Assembly: GCF_004010195.1 (NCBI RefSeq)
Contig: NC_057718.1
Location: 34,082,384-34,146,383, forward strand
Length of the DNA: 64,000 nt
Reading direction: 5' to 3'
From: Chiloscyllium plagiosum
Taxonomy: Eukaryota
Positions 37,860-50,191 of this stretch are shown here, piece by piece. The notes under the pieces were generated by a model. It saw only the letters and a list, made by a program, of their open reading frames with translations, ran no database searches and had not been told where the DNA came from. Every line of letters starts with the position of its first letter. The stretch's first letter is position 1. Made by a program: the position numbers and the translations under genes.

Positions 37860-39718
37860 TAGAGTCATAGAGATGTACAGAATGGAAACAGACACTTCAG
37901 TCTAACCCGTCCATGCCGATCAGATATCCCAACCCAATCTAGTCCCTCCTACCTGCTAACGGCCAGATATCCCTCCAAACCCTTCCTATTCATATACCCA
38001 TCCAGATGCCTCTTAAATGTTGCAATTATACCAGCCTCAACCACATCCTCTGGCAGCTCATTCCATACAAGTACTACCCTCTGCATGAAAAAGTTGCCCC
38101 TTAGGTCTCTTTTATATCTTTCCCCTCTCACCCTAAACATATGCCCTCTAGTTCTGGACTCCCTGACCCCACGGAAAAGACTTTGCCTAATTACCCTATC
38201 CATGCCCCTCATCATTTTGTAAACCTCTATAAGGTCAGCCCTCAGCCTCCGACGCTCCAGGGAAAACAGCCCCAGCCTGTTCAGCCTCTCCCTATAGCTC
38301 AAATCCTCCAACCCTGGCAACATCCTTGTAAATCTTTTCTGAACCCTTTNNNNNNNNNNNNNNNNNNNNNNNNNNNNNNNNNNNNNNNNNNNNNNNNNNN
38401 NNNNNNNNNNNNNNNNNNNNNNNNNNNNNNNNNNNNNNNNNNNNNNNNNNNNNNNNNNNNNNNNNNNNNNNNNNNNNNNNNNNNNNNNNNNNNNNNNNNN
38501 NNNNNNNNNNNNNNNNNNNNNNNNNNNNNNNNNNNNNNNNNNNNNNNNNNNNNNNNNNNNNNNNNNNNNNNNNNNNNNNNNNNNNNNNNNNNNNNNNNNN
38601 NNNNNNNNNNNNNNNNNNNNNNNNNNNNNNNNNNNNNNNNNNNNNNNNNNNNNNNNNNNNNNNNNNNNNNNNNNNNNNNNNNNNNNNNNNNNNNNNNNNN
38701 NNNNNNNNNNNNNNNNNNNNNNNNNNNNNNNNNNNNNNNNNNNNNNNNNNNNNNNNNNNNNNNNNNNNNNNNNNNNNNNNNNNNNNNNNNNNNNNNNNNN
38801 NNNNNNNNNNNNNNNNNNNNNNNNNNNNNNNNNNNNNNNNNNNNNNNNNNNNNNNNNNNNNNNNNNNNNNNNNNNNNNNNNNNNNNNNNNNNNNNNNNNN
38901 NNNNNNNNNNNNNNNNNNNNNNNNNNNNNNNNNNNNNNNNNNNNNNNNNNNNNNNNNNNNNNNNNNNNNNNNNNNNNNACCTGTGACTATCGATTATACA
39001 AATATCTCAGCAAGAGGCCCAGCAATCACTTCTCTTGCTTCCCACAGAGTTCTTGGGTACACCTGATCAGGTCCTGGGGATTTATCCACCTTTACCCGTT
39101 TCAAGACATCCAGCGCTTCCTCCTCTGTAATCTGGACATTTTGCAAGATGTCACCATCTATTTCCCTACAGTCTATATCTTCCATGTCCTTTTCCACAGT
39201 AAATACTGATGCAAAATATTCATTTAGTATCTCCCCATTTTCTGTGGCTCCACACAAAGGCCGCCTTGCTGATCTTTGAGGGGCCCTATTCTCTCCCTAG
39301 TTACCCTTCTGTCCTTAATAAATTTGTAAAAACCCTTTGGATTCTCCTTAATTCTACTTGCCAAAGCTATCTCATGTCCCCTTTTTGCCCTCCTGATTTC
39401 CCTCATAAGTATACTCCTACTTTCATTATACTCTTCTAAGGATTCACTCGATCTATCCTGTCTATACCTGACATATGCTTCCTTCTTTTTCTTAACCAAA
39501 CCCTCAATTTCTTTAGTCACCCAGCATTCCCTATACCTATCGACCTTTCCTTTCACCCTGACGGGAATATACTTTCTCTGGATTCAGTTATCTCATTTCT
39601 GAAGGCTTCCCATTTTCCAGCCATCCCTTTACCTGCGAACATCTGCCTCCAATCAGCTTTCGAAAGTTCTTGCCTAATACCGTCAAAATTGGCCTTTCTT
39701 CAATTTAGAACTTCAACT
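37860..39718 (-). mobile_element. CR1 family A, ORF2 tether to 3' end (N gap 38350-38978)
   Basis: EILNEYFASVFT, KSPGPDQVYPRTL, IKENPKGFYKFIK, LEDLSYRERLNRLGLFSLE. Confidence 0.92.
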
Positions 39719-39999
39719 GTATATCTCACTTCTAAAGGAGAAATAATAGATCTCAAACTCAATGGCTCATAACATTTCCCCATTAATGTATAGTCTGGTT
39801 TTCCTGTATTCTCCTTAGTCAAACCTTGCCTGCTGCTAGTGAATCTCCGGAGAGCAGGATACTAGAGAGAAAGACATTCATGAAAATACAGAATGATCAC
39901 AGTTTGTCAATAACATCATTAGATTTTTCTGGTGAAATCTGATGTCTGACTTCACATTTCCATGGTAAAGAGGTACAGAAACTATGATCTTGCACCCAA

Positions 40000-40544
40000 G
40001 ACTGAATTCTCCAAGGGGTGTAATGTTACACCTGCCACCCATCCCCAACCAGAGGAAAAGTTATTTATAAATGGACCAAGGTTTAAGATTGGCCACACGG
40101 TGTGGCGGATGGCTTAAACAAGCTGAGTGGAACAAAATTGTGCCCTCAAGAGCTGCTATCCAATCTGATAGCAGCAGTGCCAGAAGCAAGTAGTGGGGCC
40201 CATAAAGATGCACCGTGGACAGAGTTGCATTAGTTGGATCATTTCGGTGGGGAGGGATTGGGCACCGTAGGTGCTTGTTGAGGGGGAGAGATGCATGCTG
40301 AGGAGAGTTCTGGGTTTTGCAGGCCAGAAGGAGAGGGGGTTTGAACTAGGGGGTGCCCTGGTGAGCACAGAGCATCCCTCTCCCTTTCTTCCCACCTTTT
40401 CATCAACTGATGGGAACCAAGTTGGGAGCAAAAATAAGTTATTTACCCTCCATTTATCCTATTCTACATGAGTCTCCCTTTCCACAATGCCCCCTCACTT
40501 GCCCCTCCAAAACCATATGTGGCATGTTGCTGTAAAATCCAGCC
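40000..40544. mobile_element. Possible non-autonomous DNA transposon (MITE)
   Basis: Imperfect TIRs GACTGAATTCTCCA / TGTAAAATCCAGCC (10 of 14 match); a similar end GTAAAATTCAGC occurs at about 34667. Confidence 0.35.
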
Positions 40545-43500
40545 TGAATCCCATGAAGAGATCACTGATAAGTTTGGGAAGCAAACACTAAATGGATTTA
40601 TATTTAGAAGATGATTCCCCTGGAATAGACCATGCTAAGCAGAATGAGCAGAGGTCACACCAGACAGGACAAACTGCTAGAAGTCAAAAGAAGTGCAGGG
40701 GAAGAAGGGGTTTGAGCAGGAGGCCATATTTTTCTGGGATATTCAGGGAATAATTCTCCAAATGGATCTCATGTGGAATGGACTAAGAGTTCTGCAAAAG
40801 GAAACCCTCACACAAATCAGCTAACTTGGGCAGCCACAAGTGCAGACTTAGATTAGGAGGTGAACAATGTGTCAGTTGTTGATAACTGAGAAGTGTAAAA
40901 AGAGAATGCTGGAGAAACTCAGTTGCTCTGGTACCATGTGCAGAGAGAGAAACTGAGTGAAAATTTAAACCACCAGTGACTATTGGCCTCAAGAGTAGTG
41001 TCATACTGTTCTTGAAATGTTAACTCTTTCTCTCTCCACAAATGCTGCCAAACCTGCTGAGTTTCTCCAGCAATTTTGTTTTTTCATCAGATTCCAGCAC
41101 CAACTGTATTTGCTTTTATTTGATAGAAAATAAATATATATCTGATTTGAAAACCTTTGGAGATGAGCATCTCACCATGTAGACTGAAGAACTGAAGAAA
41201 GAAGACCCACTGCCATCTTCTCAGTGCAATTAGTGATGTTTAATAAATACTGATTTTGGGACCAATGCCAATTATTAACCACTGAGAAAGAACATTTTAT
41301 TTCTAATGGTTGGGTTAAAGCATAATGGGCCATGTGTGGGCTACAAAGTGCTAAATAAACTGAATAATGTAGTTTCTGTTCATGTCTGAAAGGTGCAAGT
41401 TGACAACTCAAATTGCACATTATTGAAACTGAGAACTCTTCCATCAGGTTGCTGTGTATTAACAATATTGTAAGCACAACAAGAACATTTACAGAAGGAG
41501 TCTTGGTGGGCTCCAATGGGTCAGAGGCAGACTGAAAGGGAATCATTCGAATTGTATGGATGCTCTTGTAGAGACTGGTTTAAAGAATTTATTTGTGGAG
41601 GAGATTCATAGAGAGATTTACCCTCTACCTGACCTTGAAATGATTTATGCTGTCACTGGGGGCCTTTTTCACCTAAACCTACACATCAGCAAAATAACAG
41701 AACTGAATTGACCATCCGTCTTTCACAGAGCCCAATTTTTACTTTATATTGACTCCACCGAGTGTCAAAAGTAGGGCAAAAGTACTCAGTGTTGAAAGGA
41801 AAGTGGATGGCATGGTGGGGGTGAGGGGGCTGGGAAAGTCTTTTTTTAAAATAAAGGATCTGCTGAGAAATTATACAAATGCTTTAAAAATTCCAAGAGG
41901 GTGTTATCTCAAAACCGGGTAACATACTCTAAGTCATCTGACTGGATAACCAGGCACTAATTGCAACTTGCCTAATTAGCAAATTCATTAGCTGACCCAG
42001 CTGCTAGTCCTTGGCATCATATTCACTCAATACAATCATCTGCTGCTCTGCCTGCAGAGCGCCTGAGTACAAACATTCTGTGACTAATGCTTGGACTGCC
42101 CTGTTGATCACGGGCCTTCACACAGAAGTTCACTTCATGCCATGGAGACCGTAGAAACAAATATTCCGACATCTTTGTTTCTTGTCACATTGACAGCCAT
42201 TCATATGTTAACACCATTTAAATGCCGATGATGCAGATATCACAGAAACAACATAGTTAGCTCGAGAAAAAAACACTACTGAAAAGCATTCATTTAAAAG
42301 GTGTAACAGAGTTGAAGCAATGGCCAGAGAGGCTACATCAGATGTGCTTACTGTTAGGTAGGTCAAATGACTGATATGCTTCTTTAGCAGTTCTGTGAAA
42401 CAGCACAGTGGCCTATTTGTATCAAACTGATCTGACGGTCATGGTGATGTTAATAGCGGCAGTGTTCTTTCTATTCAGACTCCTAATATTGTCCTTGAGA
42501 ACTTGCAGATCAAAGATGCACAAAAGCTTCTTTCACTGTCTTCAAATCTCATAATGAAGTTCAAAATGCAGGACAGACAAAAAGCAAAACTGAAACTGAT
42601 ACAAAATCCGAAATAAAACAACAACAATGCTGGAAAAATATAATGTTGATCAGCATCCGAAAGAGAATAAACAATTAATATTTCAGGAATATACCTCAAT
42701 CAAAAATGGCATAGATTGCAGAAGCTTCTTCTGTAGAAATACAAGGGAGTATTGAAGCTTTCATTATGCACAAAGTCCTTCACAACATTTCCCCACCTCA
42801 CTGTATCAAACTAATTCTTTAGATTTTGTGTTATATTTAACAAAATCACTTTTATATTGCAGTGTGTCTACACTTGCAACAGCAACAGGTCTCAGCTTTT
42901 TATGTATTTTGAGAATAGAGACCGGAGGTGTGGAAGACAAGTGTCGCTTTTTATTGGCCTCCTAACAGGGACAAGCAATATTCAGATGTAGTAAAACACA
43001 AGAGACTTGCTCTAGCTCCCAGGTCTTTCACTTGAATGCCACTTTCCCAAGCCCACATACCAAACACAAACGCCTGGAGAGCACCAGCTGGTGTAAAAAG
43101 TTTCTCTTTTCCATTGAGAGAGGACCAAAAGCTATTATACTCCCATTTTTGCAAAGCATGTCTTTAGGACTTCTCTTGACAAGACTGCAATTTGTGGTAT
43201 CCGTGCAGTATCCAGCGTGAATATGTGATGTGACTTTTTTTCCCTCTCGTTCTTTTCTTTCTCTCTCACACACATACACATCTTGGAGCTTTTATCACCC
43301 AGCTTAATAGAAAGACAACGCTTTGTTTTGATGCTCATTTTCCAGCACAATTGTTTTTTAAAAAGGTCATATAAAAGATAATCTCCATTAATTATGAATT
43401 AAAAAGCTAAGAAATACTAATGGCATTATTTGCACCTTGCTACAGAGAACTTCATGTGAAACACTAAGTTCAGTGTGACTACCAATAGCAAACGCTACAA

Positions 43501-44189
43501 TTTCTGACATTTTCTTTTTGTGAATTTTTCCCTTTTTCTCCCGAAGGCATTGATTTTTGTTCTGATTCTGCCATTCCCCTTATTATCTTATCCAAGTGAT
43601 GTTTTTATCTCACTGTGCATTCTTTACCCAAAAAGTAAAGTACATGACAAAATATTTTGGCTTGAATATTACAATGATAAAATTCATTTCATTTCCATAA
43701 AGTATGTTTCACTCTACACAATTGTAACAGTCTTAATTTAAAAAAAATACATTCAATGTAAGAAATATATCTCAGGGGCAAAACATAAAATTTGGACATT
43801 AAAAGAAGTACAACAGATTTTTTTTCTCTATACACATATTCCATGCTGCAATGCCCTAATACATTTTAAGTTCTCTTAATACAAAATGTACATTCTGTTG
43901 TGTAAGGGCTTCAAGATCCTGGGGCACCCTTGTGCTGATTTCATGAAATTGCACATCACTGATCATAAATAGCACATGGGTTGAGCTACATCAATTAAAA
44001 CAGATTACACTACACCAGACGAATTTTGTGAGTTTTGAGAAGACGTGGACATGAACATGTGAGGAATGATTAGCATGTACATATCAATGATTACTATATA
44101 CAGCAGCATTTTGTATCAGTGTATCATAAATAGAGTTACTTTAAAGTCTCAGCCTGATCACAGTTCTCCTAAAGCAGTTTGACTAAAAC

Positions 44190-44730
44190 GCAGTCTCATT
44201 GTGTGACATTAAAACTGCACGACAAAATACATTCTTTGTAAGGCTTACAGCCCGAGGGGTATTCAGTTTCCAGCCCCTCATTTTTCTATGGCTGAAAGGC
44301 CTTGGACAGAGAGCTGTCCCAATTGCCCATCTGCAATGCCTGCTTTGAGTTTTAGTGTCGAGAGTGTGGTGCTGGAAACGCACAGCAGGTCAGGCAGCAT
44401 CCGAGGAGCAGGAGAGTCGATGTTTCGGGCAAGAGCCCTTCATCAGGAATGTTGAAAGGCTTTTGCCCAAAACATCGACTCGCTTGCTCCTCAGATGCTG
44501 CCTGACCTGCTGTGCTTTTCCAGCACCACACTCTCCAGCCTCTGCAGTCCTCACTTTCGCCTAGTTGAAGTTTAGTGTGTTCGTCAGCATGGAGACCTGA
44601 AGCTTGGAATGTCCTGGCCTGCAGCACTCTTTGTGCTGGAAGATGAACAAATTTCAGGCAGAACAAGGTGTGTCTTTCACCAAGTTGATGATCCTCCAGA
44701 TGCAGGTGGTGTTGGGTGAGCAAGGTTGGG
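44190..44730 (-). mobile_element. Tx1/L1-clade LINE 3' relic, interrupted by a PLE foldback
   Basis: TTCIWRIINLVKDTPCSA*NLFIFQHKECCRPGHSKLQ resembles the fish Tx1 ORF2 C-terminus (W..IN.VKD.LW..RN). Confidence 0.55.
44359..44564. mobile_element. PLE-derived foldback unit with two opposed hammerhead motifs
   Basis: About 85-bp arms; 44415-44450 (-) CTGATGA-A-GGGC-TCTT-GCCC-GAAAC-ATC; approximate TSD TTGAGTTTTAGTGT/TTGAAGTTTAGTGT. Confidence 0.82.
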
Positions 44731-45895
44731 GATCTATTTCCTAGTTATTTTTCTGGCAGCAGTGATCAGGAGAGCACCTTACACTTTGGAAGAATAAAGA
44801 AGACCCTCCACGTTGCACTGTGGGAGATCTGCCAGATTTTGTTTGCTATTCCAGCGATGGCAACAGGCTAGAGATGTGTGGCCTGGCCATCACCCATTGC
44901 TTTATGTCAACATTCCTGCTAAAGCCAAGGTGGTGAGTTCCATTAATAAACTATGTTACATAAGTCTGTATCCTGACTTTTTATTGGCAATGTTTCTTCA
45001 TTCAACAAAGAAGTAATTTATTGCATGCCATGCTAAGTTTTACACCCCTGCTCCTGTAGCACCTGCCACCTTCAAAAGATAAGTCACCTTGTGCATCCAT
45101 TTAAGCAGCTGGGAATATTCAATGCCTTTGAAAAGGGGAGATTGCACATCTGCAGAAGCTAGGGCTTGGTTTGGGAGATGTGTAAGAAAACGTACAACTT
45201 TGAAGTGAGTTACAGTGAGGGTCAACTTTAACTGCTCTCACTGATGGTTCGTTGACTTATTTTCATTAATTTCTGTGGCAGCAAAGTGCCTCTGGAAGAT
45301 AAGTTTGACTAACCATTTTGGACACTTACATCAAAACTATCTAAAATTTGGCAGAGTGCCCAAAGAATTGACCATCTGGATGGTTTGTGGTAAAATAGCA
45401 AATGTCAGTAGAGATTGCTCATCAGGAGTTGGTTTTGAGGGACGTTACGTGGGACAGAGTAAAAGCTATTTTTCTCCTTGTACCTCTTTAGATAGCATTC
45501 TCAAACACAAGACCTATTAATATTTACTCCAGAAAAACTGTGTCTCTTTGCTGATCACCTAATGTCCTTTAGTGAAGGAAATCTGCCATCCTTACTTGGT
45601 CTTGCCTACATGTGATTCCACTCACAAATGTGGTTGACTAGGTTAGTGATGGGCAATAAATATTAGCCTAGCCAGCAACACTCACATCTCAAGTTAACAA
45701 CTTGAGTTAACAACTGGCTGGGAGTAGGTCAATCAGTAAAGCATGGGTTATCCAGGAGTCAGGATTCACCTGCATGCTCTCCAATCAGAAATCAGCCTGA
45801 CTGAAAGATTTTAGCTTCCAGTTGACCAGAGAACAGAAGGGTGAAACACCACAAGCCACAGGATGATGCAGGTCAGGACACAGGAGAATGGGGAG

Positions 45896-45935
45896 GTGTC
45901 TGTGTGTCTGTGTCTGTGTGTGTGTGTGTGTGTGT
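45896..45935. repeat. (TG)n / (TGTGTC)n microsatellite
   Basis: Direct reading of the sequence. Confidence 0.9.
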
Positions 45936-47221
45936 TGGTGTGCAATCCTGGCTAAGAGGATGAGCTAATTCATCTTCTGATTTAATGTACATTGCATACA
46001 CTCCAGACATTCTGGGAATAATGCGATACTTTAAACAAATAGCACTGAGAATGGGATATTTTCAATGTCCAGTGCCTCAGGAACTTGGTAGCTACATCAA
46101 GGTGACAATTACTACATCCAGAGGTTTATGCTTACCTAATAGATTCAGTACACTAGCCTCGGCAAGCTGGGAGCTAAGAGTGAAATTGGAGACCTGGGGC
46201 TTGGAGTGAGAATAAGGCCAGAGGAATGGATTGGAACCTTGGCAGCTGTTCGCTGGAAGCGAATGAAGACTTTAGCAGTTTTTGGAATTCTCAGAAAGGT
46301 GGGACAGTTGGGGAAAGGTTGTGGGTTGTGCAGAGGCCCTGTGAGGAAGGCTGTGGGTGATGGGAGAAGTTTAGGAAAGCATAAAGATGCTAGACTCTTG
46401 CATTCAGCAATCCTTACCTGAATGTACCTGTTGGATTCCCGAGGCCAGGGAAATGGAAAACATTCCATTCCTCAGTGATATTAACCCATACCTCACTAAG
46501 AATAGTTTTACTTTTAAAATGGTGTGCATGTCTGGAGCACTTCCATTAAATTATATATGTGCATAATTATACGATGAATATTTTGATATAAATACTTTAC
46601 ATACCATCAGAACTTTAAAATATTCAACTTGCAGTAAATTTGAGGTGACTGAAGAGCATACCTTTTATTTTGCACTATCTTTATTTAGTCCTCAGTTTAT
46701 TCAACACAATTACAGACACAGTGCCAGGTCAGCCAGAATGCAGAGACAGCTTGAAAGTGGATTCTTTCAGAGCACCAACCATAAGTAGAAGAGAAAATAA
46801 CGAGAAGAAGCTGTTCATTTGTATGTTAATTTTTTGAATGAGTTGTCATAAAAATTGTTACAACCAGACAATCCAACCCAGTTTATATGTTTGACGGGCC
46901 TTGCTATAGATTCTATACTTACATTGATCTGCTGCTCCCAGTGAGTTGACATCTGTTCTACAAAACAGGTTCGCGCAAGATCCCCTGGGGAATGATGTCA
47001 AAGGTATCACCTTAAGTGGGCACCTCCTTTCTGACTTGGCCACTGCAAACTCTCTTCTTGCTAAAACGGAAACTTAAATGTGAAAAGAGCTTCAGAGCAT
47101 TTCTGTTTGCTGAATCTGTGCTGCAATGTTGTTCTGTAGCTGTCCCACAATGCCAACAGTTCCAATAAAAGTAATCTTGTGACTTCCTGTAGAGAGAGAA
47201 TTTGGAAATTCAAATCGGAGT

Positions 47222-48819
47222 CTGGATTAGTAGTGCTGGAAGAGCACAGCAGTTCAGGCAGCATCCGAGGAGCAGTAAAATCGACGTTTCGGGCAAAAGC
47301 CCTTCATTAGGAATAAAGGCAGAGAGCCTGAAGCGTGGAGAGATAAGCTAGAGGAGGGTGAGGGTGGGGAGAAAGTAGCATAGAGTACAATAGGTGGGTG
47401 GGGGAGGGGANNNNNNNNNNNNNNNNNNNNNNNNNNNNNNNNNNNNNNNNNNNNNNNNNNNNNNNNNNNNNNNNNNNNNNNNNNNNNNNNNNNNNNNNNN
47501 NNNNNNNNNNNNNNNNNNNNNNNNNNNNNNNNNNNNNNNNNNNNNNNNNNNNNNNNNNNNNNNNNNNNNNNNNNNNNNNNNNNNNNNNNNNNNNNNNNNN
47601 NNNNNNNNNNNNNNNNNNNNNNNNNNNNNNNNNNNNNNNNNNNNNNNNNNNNNNNNNNNNNNNNNNNNNNNNNNNNNNNNNNNNNNNNNNNNNNNNNNNN
47701 NNNNNNNNNNNNNNNNNNNNNNNNNNNNNNNNNNNNNNNNNNNNNNNNNNNNNNNNNNNNNNNNNNNNNNNNNNNNNNNNNNNNNNNNNNNNNNNNNNNN
47801 NNNNNNNNNNNNNNNNNNNNNNNNNNNNNNNNNNNNNNNNNNNNNNNNNNNNNNNNNNNNNNNNNNNNNNNNNNNNNNNNNNNNNNNNNNNNNNNNNNNN
47901 NNNNNNNNNNNNNNNNNNNNNNNNNNNNNNNNNNNNNNNNNNNNNNNNNNNNNNNNNNNNNNNNNNNNNNNNNNNNNNNNNNNNNNNNNNNNNNNNNNNN
48001 NNNNNNNNNNNNNNNNNNNNNNNNNNNNNNNNNNNNNNNNNNNNNNNGAGATGCGTTGGGGGGCATCTTTAACCACGTGGGAAGGGAAATTGCGGTCTTT
48101 AAAGAAGGAGGCCATCTGGTGTGTTCTATGGTGGAACCGCTCCTCCTGGGTGCAGATACGGCGGAGGCGGAGGAATTGGGGATACGGGATGGCATTTTTG
48201 CAAGAGGTAGGGTTGGGAAGAGGTATAATCCAGTAGCTGTGGGAGTCGGTGGGTTTGTAAAAAATGTCAGTGTCAAGTCGGTCGTCATTAATGGAGATGG
48301 AGAGGTCCAGGAAGGGGAGGGAGGTGTCAGAAATGGTCCAGGTAAATTTAAGGTCAGGCTGGAGTGTGTTGGTGAAGTTGATGAATTGCTCAACCTCCTC
48401 GCGGGAACACGAGGTGGCGCCAATGCAGTCATCAATGTAGCGGAGGAAGAGGTGGGGAGTGGTGCCGGTGTAATTATGGAAGATCGACTGTTCTGCGTAG
48501 CCACCAAAGAGACAGGCATAGCTGGAGCCCATACGTGTGTCCATGGCTACCCCTTTGGTCTGGAGGAAGTAGGAGGATTTGAAGGAGAAATTGTTAAGGT
48601 GAGGACCAGTTCGGCCAAACGAATGAGAGTGTCGGTGGAAGGGTACTGTTGAGGACATCGGGAGAGGAAAAAACGGAGGGCTTGGAGGCCCTGGTCATGG
48701 CGGATGGAGCTGTAGAGGGATTGGATATCCATGGTGAAGATGAGGTGTTGGGGGCCGGGGAAACGGAAGTCTTGGAGGAGGTGGAGGGCGTGGGTGGTGT
48801 CTCGAACGTATGTGGGGAG
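47222..48819 (-). mobile_element. Penelope-like retroelement (Neptune-like), 5'-truncated: RT domain plus pLTR (N gap 47411-48047)
   Basis: PTYVRDTT, FTMDIQSLY, YFLQTKGVAMDTRMGSSYACLF, FLRYIDD, LPFLDL, YKPTDSH; TSD TTCAAATC(G/T)GAGT (47209-47221, 48820-48832); mutated hammerhead near 47280-47314. Confidence 0.9.
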
Positions 48820-50100
48820 TTCAAATCTGAGTTCTAGTGAGAAAGGCTGGGTGCAATGGAAGGCAGGCTTCCAGTGCTTTTGCATTGCTGTCAGAAGGAT
48901 GCTTAATTGTGTCGCTGACAGATTCAGCTTGTGCTCCCACAACAATTCAGAATAAATATAATGCCTTAACTGTTAAAAAAAGAGACTCCCTCTTGAGGTC
49001 AGTGTAAAAGCTGGGTTCAATTTCGATGACCGCAGTTGGGTGGAATTAAAATTTAATTAATGCTTTAAAAACCTGGAATTAAAAATGGCAGAAATGGTGA
49101 CCATGAAACTATCATTGTCATAGAAATGCTTCTGATTAACTAATGACCTTGAGGGAAAGGAACCAGCTGTCCTTACCTGCTGTGGCCTACTCGTGATGAC
49201 AGATCTACAGCAACATGAAGACTCTGAATTACCCTCCAAAATGTCCTAGCTGGACACACATTTCAAGGGTAATTAGGAATGGACAACAAATGGTGCCCCT
49301 GCTGGGGACACTCACATCCCATGAAAGAATAAAGGGCAATAATATGTTTGGAGTACTCACTTTAACAAAAATGTATTTTTACCTGATTTGTGTTATCTGT
49401 GATTTGCAGTGTAATTAGAATTACTGTAATTATCCCAGCACCTCTAATTAACAGCAGTGTGAAGCTTATTATTTAATGAAGTCTCCAAGGTCTTGCTTAT
49501 CCCACACCCCCAACCTGTTCTGATTGCCTTAGGCTGCAGAATGCCACAATGAGTTTGCTTAACAAATCTCTGGTGGCAGATTCCTACAGAAAGTCTATGC
49601 CTGCCAGTGCTGTCTTCAAACTTCATGTTTCAGTTCATTGTCTTGCAGATTGTTGTGCTTGGAGCAAATCTCTCTTTTAGCTGAATGTTTAATTTCCAGC
49701 AAGGGGAATGGACAGGCAACAGTCAATAGCCTATCCACTCTTACTTTACTCAGATAGATGCAGCTGCCCAGGCACACGTAAAAACAATTGATATTCTTGA
49801 GCACATTTTTTAAAAAGAACAATTCTACCTTTTTAGCCAAAGTCAAGTGAGGAAAATGAAGGTGCTGTAAACAATTTCTGAAGCCTTAAGTTGGAGTGAA
49901 TCGGAGCCAGTTGTTTTTTGCTTGTTGCATGCTGGAGACACCTACAGAATAAAGGACTGGCCACTATGGAGCCACAGGAGTGACTGTGACCCAGTTCCCA
50001 GACTACAGAGCATGGTCCCCCTGACTGAGAACACTCTGACCAGATGCCTGACTGTGACTAATCTCGTGGTGTTAGAGGCTGCCCTTGACTTAATGTGGCA

Positions 50101-50191
50101 AAAGTGAAGACTGCAGATGCTGGAAATCAGAGTCTAGATTAGAGTGGTGCTGGAAAAGCACAGCTGGTAAGGCAGCATTCGAGGAGCAGGA
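50101..50191 (-). mobile_element. PLE terminal fragment (truncated before the hammerhead)
   Basis: Same family as 52136; TSD AATGTG(G/C)CA. Confidence 0.75.

Noticed and set aside
42479..42616. Open frame after the TTCTATTCAG acceptor (TPNIVLENLQIKDAQ...)
   Set aside because: No donor site; runs into a repeat and a stop codon
44359..44564. Foldback units as pre-miRNAs or classical MITEs
   Set aside because: Arms are asymmetric copies of a PLE terminus and TSD lengths vary (9-15 bp), which fits retrotransposition rather than cut-and-paste
47254..48658. Long ORFs of 200-436 aa in the ORF track (also at 24.7-25.6, 38.1-39.0 and 58.1-59.3 kb)
   Set aside because: Lengths are artefacts of N runs; the real parts are retroelement ORFs
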